Part shown: positions 58,823-64,000 of the stretch, in pieces
How positions within the stretch are numbered: position 1 is the first letter of the stretch
How the letters are laid out: the number at the start of each line of letters is the position of its first letter
NCBI GenBank assembly: GCA_964016885.1
Contig: OZ024741.1
Span: forward strand, 409,696,001-409,760,000
DNA: 64,000 nt
Direction: 5' to 3'
Source of the DNA: Eledone cirrhosa
Taxonomy: Eukaryota
Notes under the pieces: model-generated
Databases searched by the model: none
What the model was told of the DNA's origin: nothing
What the model saw: only the letters and a program-made list of their open reading frames with translations
Translations under genes and position numbers: made by a program

Positions 58823-61189
58823 CTATGGTCAACAAAATTAAATGTATTATACATCATTATGAATGCGGTGGATTGGCAGTATCGGTAGAGAGTCGGATGC
58901 CATGCTTTCCAGCATAGTTACGTCCCTTTGCGGTCTGAGTTCAAATCCCGCCGAGGTTAACTTTGCATTTCATCCTTACGGGGTCGATAAAATAAAGTAC
59001 CAGTAATGTACTGGTTAATTGATGGCCTTGTGCCAAAAGTAGAAACAATTATGAATGCAAACCAACTTATTTAGACTATTTTTTCATGCTGAGTTCAAAA
59101 TTTTACTCCATTTGTATGCAACACGTATCAATTTTTCAGTAGATACATGCAAATATTTACATATTTGTATATATGAAATCATTAACGTAATAAATAAGGA
59201 CATATTATTTTTATAAAGTAAATGAGTTTATTGAGTTAAAAATCATCACTATCATTCTACAAAGAGTGAATACATAAAAAATGGGTCAAACAAAACAGAC
59301 AAAGTTAGAACAACAGATTTGGATTTCCTGCAGTGTTCCTGATCTGGTTGATCACGGCAAAGTGTCTAACAGTAGTCAGCCAGCATACTGTCATTCTAGA
59401 AGCCTTGGTACCATTTCTCCATAGCACTAATGTCCTGGTGAAATCTTTCGCCATATTCATCAGACACTGCTCCAAGGTTATCTGCGAAGAAATCCAGATG
59501 GGAGTCCAAGAAGTGAACTTTCATTGACATGCGACAACCCATTGCTGAGTAACATTTCAGAAGATTCTTGATACCATCCTTGTAGACCATTGCTTGTTGC
59601 CCAAGAAATTCTCACAGATCCAATTGAAAGCATTCCAGGCAGGCAATTCCAGTTCATCCAGTATTGTCTTGAAGTTGATATCTTTGAGTACTTCTCTAAC
59701 TTGGGGTCCGACAAAGATACCCTCTTTCAACTTCGCCTGTGTGATTTGGGGAAACTTTTCTGCAATATACTCAAACCGTCTGGCATTTCTCTTCCCTAGT
59801 GTCTTTACAAACTGTTTCATCAGTCCATGCTTTATGTGCAAAGGAGGCAATAAGACATTACATGGAACTACAAGAGGTGTATTCTTGACGCTAGACAGTC
59901 CTGGATGGTATGATGTTCTTGTCTGCCAGTTTGATTCCGAATAATGTCTGTCAATTGCCCGACTATCCCATAGACTCAAGAAACAACAGTATTTTGTGAA
60001 ACCTGACTGCATTCCCATTAACATTCCAATGACTTTTAAATCTCCACATATTTTCCATGAGTATCTTTCATAGGCAATGGCATGAAGTAAAAGTTCCATA
60101 TTCTCATATAATTCATGAATATGAACGGAGTGTGCAATAGGAATGGAGGGCCTTCAACAGAAAAACACGTTTCTAGAACCACATTTCTCTGCCGAAAATA
60201 AGTTATATGAACACCTTGCTCTAGCAGATACTTCTCCTTCAGTCTTGATGCCAACAGTTCTGCTTTATCTTTTGAGAGGGATAGGCCTCTGACATGGTCA
60301 TTCAGTTCAGCTTGGGAACATTTCTGAGGTTCAAAGCTATCGTTATCAGCGACATCATCTTCCTCAGCAGCACTATCATGACAGTCAACATCATCATCTG
60401 ATGTTTGAATACCCTCATTTGATGGAACTGGAATTGGTAGACTTCCATTTTGAGGCACAGGTCTCATTGCAGAATCCAAATTGGGATACACAATTTTGTG
60501 TTTATTCTTCATAGAAAATCCTGTGACATTTACTTTGCAAAAATAACAGTCATTGAAATGGTCTTTCGGCTCCCTCCATATCATTGGAATGGCAAAAGGC
60601 ATGGACTTCTTCTTCTTATTGAACCAGTCATGTAAGCCATTTGAGCAAGCTGAGCAGATAAAATGTGGTGCCCATAACTTGTCCTGATCTCCAAGAGGAC
60701 AGTCAAAGTAGAGCTTATAAATCTTCTTGGTCTCTGGTGTTATTGTACGTTTTTGAGCTTTCACAATAAATTGTCCACAGACAACAAAACACATCAGGAC
60801 GATTTCTACACTGTCTTGACATTGTTATCACTGTAAAACAAGTGATATTGAAATATTTCATCAGACCAATTATGACTGGACAATTTGAGATGTTGAAATA
60901 CTTATTTCATCAGAGAAAACTTGATTGGGTAATTTAAGATGATGAAATATTGCATCTGAACTATGCAGCAATGAATAATGTAGTTTATTTTAAAGATGTT
61001 TCCATGGTATAAATGAAATACATGTCATTAATTGGAATTTCTATATAATGCATGCGCTAAAACCAAAAAACTTTCTCATCTTGAAAACTACGTGATGTCG
61101 AAAAACTAATTGTATATTTGAAATCAACATTAAAAACTACACTAAGTACACCTTGACATATGCTTGATGAAAAATACTTTTGACCAGTG
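58823..61189 (-). mobile_element. Chapaev3-type DNA transposon (CMC superfamily), degenerate transposase
   Basis: Chapa domain GDQDKLWAPHFIC..WREPKDHFNDCYFC; WKICGDLKV..GFTKYCCF..WDSRA, LPPLHIK.GLMKQFVK, KLKEGIFVGPQ, MSMKVHFLDSH..SDE.GERFHQDI. End CACTGGTCAA (61189) and degenerate cta-tggtcaa (58823); TAA on both sides as TSD. Confidence 0.88.
58866..59050 (+). mobile_element. tRNA-derived SINE (family A) nested in Chapaev element
   Basis: TSD attatgaatgc. Confidence 0.88.
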
Positions 61190-61476
61190 TAATTAATAAA
61201 TAATAATCATGTATAATTATTAAAACATTTTTTTACGCAAATTGTTTTTAGTGAAGGGCCTCAGCAGGTGGGTTGTCTGGCCCTGGAAGCAACCCTCCTG
61301 GTTGGGAATATCTTTCTATCTCTTCTTTCCACCCACCTTAGTAGGCCTTATAAGAATCAGGGGCACAACATTTCCTTCCATTACTAAACAGCATCTAAAA
61401 AGATATCTAATCCAGATATGGACTAATGCCAATTTAAAATTATAGTTGAAGAACTTAACGATAGAAATATATCTAT

Positions 61477-61592
<116 letters not shown>

Positions 61593-61593
61593 C

Positions 61594-63140
61594 ACAGTTC
61601 AAGAGTAACCAATCTTAAAGAGGGAGATGGAAATAAGAGAGGAGAAGAGAGATTGATGAATTAGTTAGAAACCAAAGCGTAAAGGCATGTGTTCAATGTG
61701 CAATATGCAGTGGAAGGCAGCTAGGTGGCTGGGTTCATGCAGAGGTTAGGTGCACAAAGTTGGAAATATTCATTAGTTAAGGAAAACAAGATCACAAATT
61801 TCACAAGGAAGACATTATTAAAAGATTGCCAACATATTTTAGTTTAATGTAAGGAATGTAGAGAATAATAATTGTTTCTACTTTAGGCACAAGGCCAGCA
61901 ATTACCCAGTGCATTACTGGTACTTTATTTTATCGACCCCGTAAGGATGAAAGGCAAAGTCAACCTCGGCGGGATTTGAACTCAGATCGTAAAGGGACGT
62001 AACTATGCTGGAAAGCATGGCGTTTGACCCTCCACCGATACTGCCAATCCACCGCCCAATAATAATAATGTCCGTTTAGATTTGATTCGCTACTCCATAT
62101 AATATTTCTGGATCAAATGATTATAGATCATTATTGATCTGGTTCAGTTGAAAATAATTAACATAGGTAAAAATAGAGCAGCTCATCGGAACTTCAAAAG
62201 GAATATAAATTAAAATAAGGAAAGAATGTTACATGAATGTAATGTTCCATATATTGGTATTTCACTATGGTGTCCTGGGTATATCTATTGTCTGCCATAG
62301 TCGAGCAGTATTCTTCTGTCGAGGCTGCATTGTGTGAGATCTGCCTATGGGTAACAAGATGGCCGCCAATGGACATATTTACCTTACTAATTAGAGGGTG
62401 GTTTCAGGGGAGGTAACTCCTTGATAGATTAGAGATTGTGGGTAGTTTATAGTTAAGGATTGCTAATTTTTTAGTTTTTTAATTGAGAGACAATGTAAGG
62501 GAGGTAACTTATAATTATCTAAGTTAGCTATAATTATTTAACTTATTAGCTACAAGTAAAAATGGGGCTAGATGACTATGTCGGGTCAAATATTCTGTTG
62601 ACAGCTAATAGTTACCTCCGTTCTATCGTTAATCGGTAGAGGTCGTGATAGAGTTATATAATATGCTTTGGTAAGACAGAGGTCACGAGTTTCTTCGTCC
62701 ATTAAACGGTTGGGCCCTAGCCAAGATATCCCATGTTAGTGAGTGTTCAATGTCGGTTAATTTAGGGTTTTTAATGAGCCTAGCCAGAGATGTCGAACAT
62801 CTGTTGTTAGGGTCACGGAAGGAAAAAGAGTGCGCGTTATATTGTACCTTAAAGGAGTTAGAGGTAGAGCTGATATAGGAGTTGGTATGCGAAGCAGTTT
62901 TAACCGTGCACCTATAAACTATATTGGGTGTTAGGCAATGTCTATTTAGTGGGCATGCATTAGGGTAACGGCAGTTGCAGTTACTTCTGCGGTTAGTGAG
63001 AGTAGGGTTGTTTAATCTAAGCGGTTGGTCAGTTCTAGAAGGATTAGATGGGGGAAGTGTGCTACTAGAGTGAGTATTGGTGTAGGGGGGTGGTGGTACC
63101 GCGGTGTGGGAGTTATACTGTCTTAGTTTATGATGGTTAC
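61594..63140 (-). mobile_element. second copy of the 31.2-33.6 kb PLE family (GIY-YIG + 3' pLTR) with a nested SINE at ~61868-62057
   Basis: 61594-62415 parallels 31236-31875; 62420-63140 is the reverse complement of ~32560-33530 without the SINE. Confidence 0.88.
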
Positions 63141-63321
63141 TGATGGTACTCTAGTAGCACACCTCCCCCATCTCATTCTTTTCAAAGAACCTGTCTTGTA
63201 GTTGGCTCACTATTAAGAGGGCATCTGTTGTACTTTTCCCAGGCACAATACCAAACTGCATCTCATCTAATTTGACCCTTTCTGTAATTAGTTACACTAA
63301 TATTCTTTCTGCCACAATGGG

Positions 63322-63353
<32 letters not shown>

Positions 63354-63717
63354 AAGAGCTTCTGCAGTTTCCGTCTCCCAAATTCCACTCCTATGGTATT
63401 GATCAACCCCAAGTTATAGTAGAAGACACTTGCCCAAGGTGCCACACCGTGGGAGTCAACATGAAACCACGTGCTTGTGAAAGGAACTCTTTCAGTCATA
63501 CACATTGTATTAAATATATTGAAATATGTAAATTGTAATGAATATAATTATTACTTTGTTAATTAATCTCAATCTAGTGAAAGTATCAATCACCATCGGA
63601 TTTTGTTTCTTTTTTTCCTTTGTTTATTATTGGTTTCGTTCAAAAGCACGTGTATCGATGGACTGGAACACAACATAGTTATTAGTCTCTTCACCCGTGG
63701 TCAATGAAATACTGACA

Positions 63718-63930
63718 GATGGCAGTATCAGTAGAGGGTCGGACGCCATGCTTTCTAGCATAGAGTTATGGCCCTTGCCATTCTGAGTTCAAATCCCGCC
63801 GATGTTAGCTTTACCTTTAATCCTTATGGGGGTAGATAAAATAAAGTACCAGTAATACACTGGGGTCAATTTAATCGACTTTCCCTTCTCCCTAACATTG
63901 TTGGCCTTGTGTCTATAGTAGGAATTAGTA
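63718..63930 (+). mobile_element. tRNA-derived SINE (family A)
   Basis: head, B-box, core and tail. Confidence 0.85.
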
Positions 63931-64000
63931 TCATTATAAAATAAAAACAACCAAAAAGAAATAATTATTATTGTAGTAGTGGTGGTGGTGGTGGTAGTGG

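Overview
AT-rich, repeat-dense animal genomic DNA, probably a cephalopod such as an octopus (inferred from the SINE/RTE repertoire and abundant (TA)n/(CA)n; not proven). Host coding content is sparse: an essentially single-exon class III sugar porter (GLUT8/TRET1-like, 27502-28896, minus) and the first coding exon of a heparanase/GH79-like gene (2494-2687, minus). The rest is mobile DNA: several RTE LINEs, a near-full-length CRE-clade RLE retrotransposon with an N-terminal PHD finger plus two fragments, at least two Penelope-like element (PLE) families, a Chapaev3-type DNA transposon and many tRNA-derived SINEs. Three observations stand out. (1) An ~8.4 kb, 47-bp satellite has expanded inside the 3' UTR of an RTE LINE. 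(2) A set of short, mostly non-coding PLE-type modules sit in (TA)n tracts, carry hammerhead-ribozyme motifs and often form long inverted repeats. (3) These otherwise unrelated modules share a GAGNNCTC palindrome 35-55 nt from their (TA)n junction. Coordinates were read by eye and repeat boundaries are approximate.
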